A stretch of DNA of 64,000 bases. Origin: a bacterium. Its GTDB lineage: Bacteria; Bacteroidota; Ignavibacteria; Kapaibacteriales; UBA2268. A program made the translations under genes and the position numbers. Shown here in pieces: positions 28,962-37,865 of this stretch. The notes under the pieces are model-generated. The model worked only from the letters and a program-made list of their open reading frames with translations. It had not been told where the DNA came from and ran no database searches. The stretch spans positions 17,480-81,479 of the forward strand of contig JBAXXL010000011.1 in NCBI GenBank assembly GCA_037127915.1, given 5' to 3'. Position 1 is the stretch's first letter. Each line of letters begins with the position of its first letter.

Positions 28962-29735
28962 ATGATTTTTATAGCCGGACCTTGTTTAGCGGAATCCCGC
29001 GATATAGTTATGCAGACAGCCGAAACGCTTTCTGGCATTTTTTCAGAATTTCCCGAACATCGCTTCATATTTAAAGCTTCATATAGAAAAGCAAATAGAA
29101 CAAGCTCGGATTCATTTTCGGGTGTGGGCGACGAAACCGCTCTATCTTGGATAAAAGAAGTAGGCGAAAAGTCTAAAGTTGAAACATTGACCGATATTCA
29201 TTCGGCGGAAGAAGCCGGATTAGCCGCTCAGTATGTTTCAATTTTGCAGATACCTGCATTTTTGGCGCGGCAAACCGATATAATAGCCGCGGCGGCAAAA
29301 ACAGGATTAACTGTGAATATCAAAAAAGGTCAATTTATGGCGGCTGAAGATATGGCAAAAGCCGCAAAAAAAGCGAAAGACTTTGGTGCAAAGGATATTT
29401 GGTTGACAGAAAGAGGCACATTTTTCGGATACCACGATTTAGTTGTTGATTTCAGAAATTTATTGATAATGAAAAGCTTAGGCTATCCTGTTATTTACGA
29501 TGCGACTCATTCTGTTCAACAACCTTCACTTGGAGAGTGTTCCGGTGGAAAGCGCGAATTTGCCCGTCAATTAGCTTTAGCGGCGGTGGCTTGTAGAGTG
29601 GACGGAATATTTTTTGAAACACACCCCAATCCGGCAAAAGCACTTTGCGATAGCGAAACACAATTGCCTTTAGACACAGTAAAAGAATTTGTTAAAGATA
29701 TAATTGCATTAAATAACCATTTCGAAAGTAAATAA
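28962..29735 (+). CDS. kdsA: 3-deoxy-8-phosphooctulonate (KDO8P) synthase
   Basis: IAGPCLAES, KASYRKANRTS, LQIPAFLARQTD, DATHSVQ. Confidence 0.85.
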   Translation: MIFIAGPCLAESRDIVMQTAETLSGIFSEFPEHRFIFKASYRKANRTSSDSFSGVGDETALSWIKEVGEKSKVETLTDIHSAEEAGLAAQYVSILQIPAFLARQTDIIAAAAKTGLTVNIKKGQFMAAEDMAKAAKKAKDFGAKDIWLTERGTFFGYHDLVVDFRNLLIMKSLGYPVIYDATHSVQQPSLGECSGGKREFARQLALAAVACRVDGIFFETHPNPAKALCDSETQLPLDTVKEFVKDIIALNNHFESK

Positions 29736-29736
29736 T

Positions 29737-30540
29737 ATGAAAATAATCTCCTGGAATATCAACGGTCTTCGTTCTATAAACGGACAAAACCCAACACGCC
29801 GTTTTGATGAAGTTTTTCACGAAAATAAACTTTTCCCTTATATAGAAAGCCAAAATCCCGATATAATTTGTTTGCAGGAAACAAAAGCAGAGTTAGAACA
29901 AATTAACGAGGAACTTCGAACACCCCCGAATTATTCAGGCTGGTACCACTCCTGCCGTAGAAAAAAAGGTTATAGCGGAGTAGCAACTTACAGCAGAATT
30001 CAAGCTGTTTCTGTGAATAATCTTATCGGCGAAGAACGTTTCGACGAGGAAGGGCGAATATTAGAAATGGATTTCGGTGATTTCGTACTTTTCAACGTGT
30101 ATTTTCCGAATGGTACATCGGGCGATGATAGAGTTGATTATAAGCTCGATTTTTATGATGCCCTATTCAACCATACGGAAAGTCTGCGTAAATCCGGTAG
30201 AAACATAATTATCTGCGGCGATTACAATACCGCGCACCACCCTATTGATTTGGCTAACCCAAAGCAAAACGAAATGAATTCCGGTTTCTTGCCTATAGAG
30301 CGAAAGAAATTGGATTGGGTTGAAAGCTTGGGCTATGTTGATGTGTATCGCCAATATGAAGAAGGACCGAGCAATTATACCTGGTGGAGTAACCGCGCCC
30401 GCGCACGTGAGAACAACGTTGGCTGGCGCATTGATTATTTCTTTGTTAATAAAGAATTTTTGCCGCGCGTGAAGGATTGTTACCATCAACCGGATATGAT
30501 GGGTTCAGACCACTGCCCGATAGTGCTGGAAATTGAATAA
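29737..30540 (+). CDS. xth: Exodeoxyribonuclease III
   Basis: MKIISWNINGLRS, LQETK, and C-terminal SDHCPIVLE. Confidence 0.9.
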   Translation: MKIISWNINGLRSINGQNPTRRFDEVFHENKLFPYIESQNPDIICLQETKAELEQINEELRTPPNYSGWYHSCRRKKGYSGVATYSRIQAVSVNNLIGEERFDEEGRILEMDFGDFVLFNVYFPNGTSGDDRVDYKLDFYDALFNHTESLRKSGRNIIICGDYNTAHHPIDLANPKQNEMNSGFLPIERKKLDWVESLGYVDVYRQYEEGPSNYTWWSNRARARENNVGWRIDYFFVNKEFLPRVKDCYHQPDMMGSDHCPIVLEIE

Positions 30541-30575
30541 TTGAAAATTGAAAATTGAAAGTTGAAAGTTGAAAA
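30541..30575. repeat. Heptamer microsatellite, 5 units (ttgaaaa/ttgaaag)
   Basis: Starts on the base after the xth stop codon. It is followed by the GC-rich imperfect hairpin 30584..30612. Confidence 0.85.
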
Positions 30576-30722
30576 TGATAAAACAGGTCATCGCGCGTAG
30601 TCGAGATGCCTGGAAAATATAGTTTCTAACAATTTTAATCCCTTCGAATTCGACGGCTTTGGAATCAATTTACAATCCAAATTTTAATTATGGCGATTTT
30701 GCCACAATTAGAAATAATCCCG

Positions 30723-30756
30723 ATTTTAATTATACCTAATTCGGTATAATTAAAAT
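30723..30756. promoter_or_regulatory. Perfect 14-bp inverted repeat (candidate operator or structured site) upstream of the KilA-N gene
   Basis: attttaattatacc taattc ggtataattaaaat. The 3' arm contains TATAAT. A related imperfect inverted repeat lies at 30685..30710, and a tatttttg box at 30762..30769. Confidence 0.4.
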
Positions 30757-30920
30757 TTTGCTATTTTTGTATAATTGGATACGTTTTTTTGGAATAATTT
30801 TCAATAAAGAGAATTCAACGGGTTTGAAAATTCATTTGATATTAATAATTTATCAATAATTACCGAATTAGAAGTGATAGAAAACTGATAAATATTCACA
30901 ATCCTCTGGGTAAAAAAATT

Positions 30921-31742
30921 ATGGCTAAAATAAAAAGAATTAATGTAAAAGGTACTGAAATAACCATTATTGAACATCAGAATTCTGATTTTATCTCATT
31001 AACTGATATGGTAAAAGGTTTCGAGGATGGTTTAGTTTTAATTGAAAAATGGTTAAGAAACAAAAATACTATTGAGTTTATTGGTATTTGGGAAGAACTT
31101 AATAACCCAATTTTTAATTCCCCCGAATTCGGGGGAATTAAAAATGAGGCTGGTCTCAATCGTTTTACTCTTTCTGTTAAAAAATGGATAGAAAAAACCA
31201 ATGCTATTGGAATAATTGCAAAGACCGGAAGATATGGAAGTGGTACTTATGCCCATAAAGAGATTGCTTTCGAATTTGGAAGCTGGCTTAGTCCTGCTTT
31301 TAAAATGTATCTTATTAAAGAATTTCAACGTCTTAAAGACGAAGAAAATAGCCGTTTAAATCTTGAGTGGAATTTTCATAGGACGCTGGCAAAAGTTAAT
31401 TATCATATTCATACAGATGCTATTAAGGAAAATCTAATTCCTGCATCATTGACTATTAAGCAAATAAATTATGTATATGCCAGCGAGGCGGATATGCTTA
31501 ATATGGCACTGTTCGGGCTGACTGCTCAGGAATGGAGAACGGCAAATCCTGATAAAGACGGGAATATGCGCGATTTTGCAAACATTGAACAATTAGTAGT
31601 ACTATCAAATATGGAAAGTATAAATGCAGTACTAATTAGTCAAGGGGCATCCCAATCGGAGCGGTTGGTACAATTAAACCAAATTGCTATAACTCAAATG
31701 ACATCATTAGTAAGCAATAAACAAATAAAAAAATTGAAATAA
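30921..31742 (+). CDS. KilA-N domain protein
   Basis: FISLTDMVKGFEDG..IEKWLRNKNTIEFIGIWEELNNPIF...YAHKEIAFEFGSWLSP is the characteristic KilA-N N-terminal region. Confidence 0.8.
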   Translation: MAKIKRINVKGTEITIIEHQNSDFISLTDMVKGFEDGLVLIEKWLRNKNTIEFIGIWEELNNPIFNSPEFGGIKNEAGLNRFTLSVKKWIEKTNAIGIIAKTGRYGSGTYAHKEIAFEFGSWLSPAFKMYLIKEFQRLKDEENSRLNLEWNFHRTLAKVNYHIHTDAIKENLIPASLTIKQINYVYASEADMLNMALFGLTAQEWRTANPDKDGNMRDFANIEQLVVLSNMESINAVLISQGASQSERLVQLNQIAITQMTSLVSNKQIKKLK

Positions 31743-31761
31743 ATATATAATTGGAAATAAA

Positions 31762-32151
31762 ATGAATAATGAATTGAGAAGTGTTGAGGAATTTCACACA
31801 AAGTTTTTAGTAAATTTGGAGCATACGCCTTGTATTCCAAAGGAAAGAACCGATTTGCGGGTGTCATTGATTCAGGAAGAATTGAACGAACTTAAAGAAG
31901 CCATCGCCGACAACAATATGGTCGAGGTATTGGATGCATTGGTTGATTTGCAGTATGTTTTATCGGGAACTATTTTGGAATTCGGACTACAGCATATATT
32001 CGACGATGCTTTCCGGGAAGTACACTCCAGCAATATGACCAAATTGGATGCTGATGGAAATCCTATATTCCGCGAAGACGGTAAAGTGATGAAATCAGAA
32101 CTTTGGAGACCGCCAAATTTGAAGCAGTTTTTAGAAGGATTCGGAATTTAA
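31762..32151 (+). CDS. MazG-like all-alpha NTP pyrophosphohydrolase family protein
   Basis: 129 aa. Acidic metal-binding helices LIQEELNELKEA and EVLDALVDLQYV. Confidence 0.65.
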   Translation: MNNELRSVEEFHTKFLVNLEHTPCIPKERTDLRVSLIQEELNELKEAIADNNMVEVLDALVDLQYVLSGTILEFGLQHIFDDAFREVHSSNMTKLDADGNPIFREDGKVMKSELWRPPNLKQFLEGFGI

Positions 32152-32158
32152 ATTTGAT

Positions 32159-32193
32159 GAACTGTCCAACACTTTCAAGATGTTGGACAGTTC
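32159..32193. terminator. Strong hairpin between convergent genes (MazG-like / BNR protein)
   Basis: Perfect 13-bp stem gaactgtccaaca / tgttggacagttc with a 9-nt loop. U-runs are weak on both sides. Confidence 0.55.
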
Positions 32194-32231
32194 AATTTGT
32201 TGGAAACACTTTATATTTTATCATCAATCAA

Positions 32232-34274
32232 TTATAATTTGATGATCCTATTAATATTATTATCACATTTAACAAAATAAATTCCGGTTGGTAAGGTTTC
32301 TAAATTAACTTCCCACTTATTTACACCAGCAGGTATTTTGTTTTGCAAAACATATTGACCGAGGATATCAAAAATCTGCATATCAATAGACTCATTCCAC
32401 GTTTTATCCAAGTATATCGTCAAAATGTTCTCTGTAGGATTTGGATATATTCTTAGATAATTCTCCGCAAGCTTCTCATCTTTAGCGTTTGATATACCGA
32501 AATCACTCAGTTTTGCTTTAAATAAACCATCAGAAGTACCAGTAAAAATTTCTTTGCCGATTATAGCTAAAGAGTTAATATTCAAATTTTTTAATCCCGA
32601 ATTGAACTGATTCCAAGTGTTCCCGTTGTCTTTTGACAAATAAACACCCGCAATTGAACTTCCAACAAAAATGTCGTTTCCTTTAACTTGTAATGAATTA
32701 ACAGGTTTTGTTGGATATTCTGTTTTAACCCAATTATCACCAGCATCAGTTGATATATAGACTGCTGTATAAGCTCCCACAATTATATTATCTCCACTAA
32801 ACTCTATGGCTCTGATTTTAGTATTAGACAAACCAATATTTTTAGTTGACCAATTTTGACCGTTATCTATAGATAGAAATATTCCATCGTTATTAGTTCC
32901 AATAAATATTTTTTCATTTTTTACAGCAATAATTCTAATTGAAGGATTTGTTAACCCAATATTAACATAAGCCCAATTTTCTCCTTTATTATTAGATATA
33001 TATAATCCATTTGAACATCCTGCCAACAATATATTATCTTTTATAGCTGTACAGAGTATTTGAGTACCTGTTGGCAAGCCATTACTTTTGTTAATCCAAT
33101 TATTTCCATTATCTGATGATAAAAACGCTCCTGATGAACTAGTTCCAACCAAAAGATTATTACCATTCTTAGATAATGATAAAATTGATGGATCTATCAA
33201 GCCTTCATTTTTATTACACCAACTTGAACCATTATCATCAGATAGGAATATTCCATATTTTTCAGATCCAGCTAAAATATTATTATCGGATTCAATTAAA
33301 GTTCTTATTGGCGAATCATGAATACCAGTTCTAGAACTTTCCCAATTATCTCCTTTATCACTCAATTTTACTACACCTTTGAATGCTGTTGCGGCATAAA
33401 TATTATTATCCGCGCATTTCAAGGAATATACACTACACAAGCCAATACCGCTATTAATATATTCCAAAGAATCCACATTTACGTTTGATCGAACAACTGA
33501 TACATCTATCATGCCGGCATATATATACTTGCCTGCCGCTAATATTGTATAAGGTGTAAACTCATTGATTATTTCCCAATCTTTTTGGTACCAATTTTTT
33601 CCATAATCAGTTGAAATTAATAACCCTGAACTTCGGGACCCGGCTATGACGGTTGTTCCAAAACCATATAGAGAACGTATATCGGATGGTAATATGCAAT
33701 TGTTTCCAAAATCAATCCCAGAATCACCATAATTAAATGAAACAAAGATGCCTCCAGTAGTACCTGCGTAAATATATGATTTGTCAACCCATAAGGAATT
33801 TACATTAAGATTGGGTAAACCGTTATTAAGTGCTGTCCAGGTATTTCCTTTATCGGTAGAATGGAATATGCCACTTCCATTAGTTGCAACATACAAGTTA
33901 AAATAATCGCCTATTATAGATTTAATGATAGTATTTTTAATAATATTATCTTTCGTTATCCAATTATTTCCTTCATCCAAAGAATAGTATAAACCCTTTG
34001 AAGTCCCTGCGTAAAGTATGTTATTGTTCCATAGAATTGAATATATTACTACTGGCATAGGCAATCCGTTATTTTTTTGGGACCAATTTCTTCTTGAATC
34101 TGTTGATATAAATACTCCACCACTATCGGTACCAGCATAAAAGTGGTTGCTATTTACCTCTAACGCATAAACACGAAAGTCTTCAATGTTTTTACAAACC
34201 CTTTCCCATTGGGCATTACAGTTAAAAGCAAACAATAATTCAAAAAGCAAAATTAAAAGATACAAACGTTTCAT
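32232..34274 (-). CDS. BNR/Asp-box repeat beta-propeller protein with T9SS CTD
   Basis: More than 12 S.D.G..W boxes (STDSRRNWS, SLDEGNNW, STDKGNTW and others). Tail YPNPT...GIYFVKCDNNINRIIKL. The start is taken at MKRLYLL (34274), which gives a signal peptide; the ORF extends to 34352. Confidence 0.75.
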   Translation of the reverse strand: MKRLYLLILLFELLFAFNCNAQWERVCKNIEDFRVYALEVNSNHFYAGTDSGGVFISTDSRRNWSQKNNGLPMPVVIYSILWNNNILYAGTSKGLYYSLDEGNNWITKDNIIKNTIIKSIIGDYFNLYVATNGSGIFHSTDKGNTWTALNNGLPNLNVNSLWVDKSYIYAGTTGGIFVSFNYGDSGIDFGNNCILPSDIRSLYGFGTTVIAGSRSSGLLISTDYGKNWYQKDWEIINEFTPYTILAAGKYIYAGMIDVSVVRSNVNVDSLEYINSGIGLCSVYSLKCADNNIYAATAFKGVVKLSDKGDNWESSRTGIHDSPIRTLIESDNNILAGSEKYGIFLSDDNGSSWCNKNEGLIDPSILSLSKNGNNLLVGTSSSGAFLSSDNGNNWINKSNGLPTGTQILCTAIKDNILLAGCSNGLYISNNKGENWAYVNIGLTNPSIRIIAVKNEKIFIGTNNDGIFLSIDNGQNWSTKNIGLSNTKIRAIEFSGDNIIVGAYTAVYISTDAGDNWVKTEYPTKPVNSLQVKGNDIFVGSSIAGVYLSKDNGNTWNQFNSGLKNLNINSLAIIGKEIFTGTSDGLFKAKLSDFGISNAKDEKLAENYLRIYPNPTENILTIYLDKTWNESIDMQIFDILGQYVLQNKIPAGVNKWEVNLETLPTGIYFVKCDNNINRIIKL

Positions 34275-34389
34275 AAAACAAACTCCAAATAATAATCCCG
34301 AAAATAATGGGTAATAATATAAAATAAAAATCAAATTAATATTATTATACAAAATTAGGAATTATTTTTCATACAAGAACATAAAATTA

Positions 34390-34423
34390 GAAAAAGAAAA
34401 AGGGCTGACACACAAGTCAGCCC
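34390..34423 (-). terminator. Rho-independent terminator after the yceI-like gene
   Basis: gggctgac acacaa gtcagccc, followed on the minus strand by tttttcttttt. Confidence 0.75.
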
Positions 34424-34431
34424 ACTACAAT

Positions 34432-34459
34432 CAAAATTCAAAATTCGTAATTCGTAATT
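34432..34459. repeat. Heptamer microsatellite (caaaatt x2, cgtaatt x2)
   Basis: Lies between the yceI-like stop codon and its terminator hairpin. Confidence 0.8.
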
Positions 34460-34461
34460 AT

Positions 34462-35016
34462 TTAAAAAACTACTTTAAAATCAATGTGAAACTCATCTTT
34501 TGTTACAATGCCCAATAGTGATGGCGGGTCAATTTTATAGTCCGTCATTTTGACTGGAAAACCACCGGTTACTGTAAGTTGATCACCTGATTTTTTAACT
34601 TGAGCATCGAATGAGATAGATTTAGTAACACCGTGAAAAGTCAGGTTTCCTTTTACTTTGAGTGTATTTCCGTTTTTCTCTATAGATTTGCTTGAGAAAG
34701 TCACGGAAGGGTATTTTATTCCGTCAGTTACTTCAATCATGTGCGAATCGCGGTTAGCGTTTTTACTGTCGAATGATGCTAATTTAGCTGTTACAGCCAC
34801 TTGGGAAATATTGTCTTTGTCTGCATCAACCATTATAACGGATGTTACTGCATCGCTTACACCTGTCCATTCGTGTAATGGATGTGTCATTGTATATGTA
34901 ATTTCAGATTTTTTCTTGTCGTTATATACTTTTGTTTCTGTTTGTGCGAAAACTGATGAACAAACAGTTACCAAAAGTACTGTCATCAGTGCGTATTTAA
35001 GAATGTTTCTTTTCAT
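34462..35016 (-). CDS. YceI-family periplasmic protein
   Basis: Signal peptide. SKNANRDSHM..., G.LTFHGVTK..., and a lipocalin-like beta-barrel length of 184 aa. Confidence 0.75.
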   Translation of the reverse strand: MKRNILKYALMTVLLVTVCSSVFAQTETKVYNDKKKSEITYTMTHPLHEWTGVSDAVTSVIMVDADKDNISQVAVTAKLASFDSKNANRDSHMIEVTDGIKYPSVTFSSKSIEKNGNTLKVKGNLTFHGVTKSISFDAQVKKSGDQLTVTGGFPVKMTDYKIDPPSLLGIVTKDEFHIDFKVVF

Positions 35017-35046
35017 ATTCTACTTTATAATAATATTAATAAAAAA

Positions 35047-35817
35047 TTAAAATGATAATACAATCATTGCCGCGGCGAAAGAGCCAAATGCAGTAAATGC
35101 CGCAGCACGATGATATACTTTAAGATCTTTGCTTAAAGCATAATTGCCGTTCTCTTTTGCTGTTTCAATTTGTCCTGCTAATACATTTGTTGCTACCATA
35201 CCTGTAAGATGGACGATTGCTAAGCCCATGTGTAACTTAACACTACTATATCCTTTCTTGTCTTCGAGCATTTTTGGCGGTGTAAAGAAAGCTAATCCGG
35301 CAGTTGTAAAATAACCAATATTTACTGCGGCGGCTAAACTTTCGTGCAGATCTTTTGTTTTTTGCGAATCACCTTCTTTGCCATTTACGGAATAATCAAA
35401 TAAGTTTGTCCCAACAATACCTTGAGCAACCATGCCTGCTAATGTTGCAAAACCAACTATCTGATGTGTGGTCAACATAACGCGTCTTATTTTCAACTCC
35501 CTTGCCCTATTTTCAGGGTTCAATTCGAAAATATTAAAATTTCTCATTAATCCTTTCTTACCCCATAACATACGTTGAGTAAAGAGCATGTGGTCAGGTA
35601 ATAATGGTTCAGCTTTGTCATTGGCTGTAATATCACCCAAAAGGTCATCCTGACCGTCGGGCTGGGCTTCTTCGTTTTGAACTCTTAATTCTGCAATTGC
35701 AGTTTTATTAAGAATATCTCCCGGGTCGGATGCAATCGGATATTCCTGTGCATTCAATTGAATGGATAAAAGAATTATACCAAATAATAGTACTACTTTT
35801 TTCATTCTGTTTCTCAC
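35047..35817 (-). CDS. Hypothetical membrane protein with four C-terminal helices, each carrying a His
   Basis: Signal peptide followed by the helices HQIVGFATLAGMV, HESLAAAVNIGYF, HMGLAIVHLTGMV and HRAAAFTAFGSF. It lies directly upstream of the yceI-like gene. Confidence 0.4.
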   Translation of the reverse strand: MRNRMKKVVLLFGIILLSIQLNAQEYPIASDPGDILNKTAIAELRVQNEEAQPDGQDDLLGDITANDKAEPLLPDHMLFTQRMLWGKKGLMRNFNIFELNPENRARELKIRRVMLTTHQIVGFATLAGMVAQGIVGTNLFDYSVNGKEGDSQKTKDLHESLAAAVNIGYFTTAGLAFFTPPKMLEDKKGYSSVKLHMGLAIVHLTGMVATNVLAGQIETAKENGNYALSKDLKVYHRAAAFTAFGSFAAAMIVLSF

Positions 35818-35950
35818 TTTTAATTTATAACTAATTTATTTATTAATGTAAAATTTCATTCTTAAATTTAGATTAACTTTAATTTTATGTTTTGGCAAAA
35901 TTAATAAATTTTATAGACGAAATAAATGGTGGTTTTAGTTGAGAAACTCC

Positions 35951-35990
35951 AAAAAAAAACTCATCCGATGACTTCGAGTCGTCAGATGAG
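35951..35990 (-). terminator. Rho-independent terminator of ettA
   Basis: 13-bp stem (12 pairs including one G-U), followed on the minus strand by U9. A second hairpin, agatggac...gtccatct, lies just upstream of it. Confidence 0.75.
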
Positions 35991-36044
35991 TAAAATTTTT
36001 AGAAGATGGACTCCACTTGAAAGTTGCGTCCATCTATATATTTA

Positions 36045-37733
36045 TTAATGTATTAGCTTTTTATACTTTATTCTTGTCGGTTGCAAATCGCCCAAGCGTT
36101 TCTTCTTGTTTACTTCATAATCCGAGAAACTACCTTCGAAGAAATAAGCTGTGCTATCGCCTTCGAAAGCTAATATATGAGTGCATACCCTGTCTAAAAA
36201 CCATCTATCATGGGAAATGACAACCGCGCAACCTGCAAAGTTATCCAAACCATCCTCCAAAGCCCGCAATGTGTTAATATCCAAGTCGTTTGTAGGCTCA
36301 TCCAATAGTAAAACATTCCCTTCTTCTTTTAGCGTCATAGCCAAATGCAAGCGGTTCCTTTCACCACCTGAAAGGTATTTAACCGCTTTGTTTTGCTCTG
36401 TTCCGCCAAAATTAAATCTTCCGAGAAACGCTCTTGTATTTATTCTTTGGTCACCCATCATAATGATTTCCTGCCCGTCGGAAAAGTTTTCCCAAACAGT
36501 TTTTTCTTGATCAATATTAGAATGGCTCTGATCAACATAAGCTAACTTAACAGTAGAACCTATTTCAAAATCTCCTTCATCGTATTCAACTTCTTTCATT
36601 ATCATACGAAATAGCGTTGTTTTACCGGCACCGTTTGGTCCAATAACACCAACAATACCATTTGGTGGAAGTGAAAAATTTAGATTTTCGAAAAGCAATT
36701 TATCGTCATAACCTTTTGCTACATTTTGGGCATTAATAACCAAATTACCTAAACGAGGTCCATTAGGAATAAAAATCTCTAATTTTTCCTCTTTCAGCTT
36801 TTGTTCTTGGCTCATCGCCATATCATAACTGTTCAACCTTGCTTTTTGCTTGGTTTGTCTGCCTTTCGGACTCATTCTCACCCACTCCAACTCGCGCTCT
36901 AAAGTCTTACGTCTTTTTGATGCTTGTTTTTCTTCAAGTGCCATACGCGATGTTTTTTGCTCTAACCACGATGTGTAGTTACCTTGCCAAGGAATGCCTT
37001 CTCCTCTATCCAATTCCAATATCCAACCCGCTACATTATCCAAGAAATATCTATCATGTGTTACGGCTATTACTGTACCTTTATATTGATTCAAGTGCTC
37101 TTCTAACCACAATACCGATTCAGCATCCAAATGGTTCGTAGGCTCATCGAGCAATAAAACATCAGGTTGTGTAAGCAGTAAACGGCAAAGTGCAACGCGA
37201 CGGCGTTCACCACCGGATAATATTTTAATAGGAGTATCACCGTCGGGTGTACGCAAAGCATCCATTGCTATTTCTAGCTTTGTAGCAATTTCCCAAGCAT
37301 TTTCTGTATCCATTCTATCTTGGATTTTTGCTTGCTTGTTCATTAATTGTTCCATCTTGTCAGGGTCTTCGTAATACTCAGGCAATCCGAACATATCGTT
37401 AATTTCGTTATATTCGGCAATTAAAGCCATTGTTGGTGCGACGCCTTCCCTAATAATATCAATTACAGTTTTGCTTTCGTCCAATTCAGGATTTTGTTCC
37501 AAATAACCTACAGTGTATCCTGAAGAGAATGTTACATCTCCATCGTGATCTGTATCTAATCCGGCAATTATCTTTAATAGTGTTGATTTACCTGAACCAT
37601 TTAATCCAAGAATACCAATCTTTGCACCGTAAAAAAAGCTCAAATATATATTATTGAGCACCGGTTTATTTCCCTGAGGATAGAGTTTTGACACTCCAGT
37701 CATCGAGAAAATAATTTTCTTATCGTCAGCCAT
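36045..37733 (-). CDS. ettA: ABC-F translational throttle protein EttA
   Basis: Two ABC cassettes (GLNGSGKST, GPNGAGKTT; LSGGERRR, LSGGERNR), an inter-domain linker, 562 aa. Confidence 0.9.
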   Translation of the reverse strand: MADDKKIIFSMTGVSKLYPQGNKPVLNNIYLSFFYGAKIGILGLNGSGKSTLLKIIAGLDTDHDGDVTFSSGYTVGYLEQNPELDESKTVIDIIREGVAPTMALIAEYNEINDMFGLPEYYEDPDKMEQLMNKQAKIQDRMDTENAWEIATKLEIAMDALRTPDGDTPIKILSGGERRRVALCRLLLTQPDVLLLDEPTNHLDAESVLWLEEHLNQYKGTVIAVTHDRYFLDNVAGWILELDRGEGIPWQGNYTSWLEQKTSRMALEEKQASKRRKTLERELEWVRMSPKGRQTKQKARLNSYDMAMSQEQKLKEEKLEIFIPNGPRLGNLVINAQNVAKGYDDKLLFENLNFSLPPNGIVGVIGPNGAGKTTLFRMIMKEVEYDEGDFEIGSTVKLAYVDQSHSNIDQEKTVWENFSDGQEIIMMGDQRINTRAFLGRFNFGGTEQNKAVKYLSGGERNRLHLAMTLKEEGNVLLLDEPTNDLDINTLRALEDGLDNFAGCAVVISHDRWFLDRVCTHILAFEGDSTAYFFEGSFSDYEVNKKKRLGDLQPTRIKYKKLIH

Positions 37734-37865
37734 ATTTTTTAATTCATTAATTAATATTATTATAAATAAATTACTTATGTCACATAAGCAATTTTGATAT
37801 TTGTTCTTTTTTCTTAATAGGTATCTATGAGCGTATAATTCATAGATTTATTGTTTTTTTTAAAA

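Noticed and set aside
28514-29068. 184-aa ORF on the minus strand
   Set aside because: It is antisense across the junction of the dehydratase and kdsA genes, both of which have clear family motifs. It has no motifs of its own.
30541-30575. CRISPR array or other spaced repeat array
   Set aside because: The only tandem repeats are 7-nt microsatellites, one 15-nt pair and one 36-nt in-frame repeat. There are no 25-40-nt repeats separated by unique spacers, and no cas genes.
36017-37141. Plus-strand ORFs of 67-109 aa overlapping ettA
   Set aside because: They are antisense to a highly conserved ABC-F gene. They are shadow ORFs.
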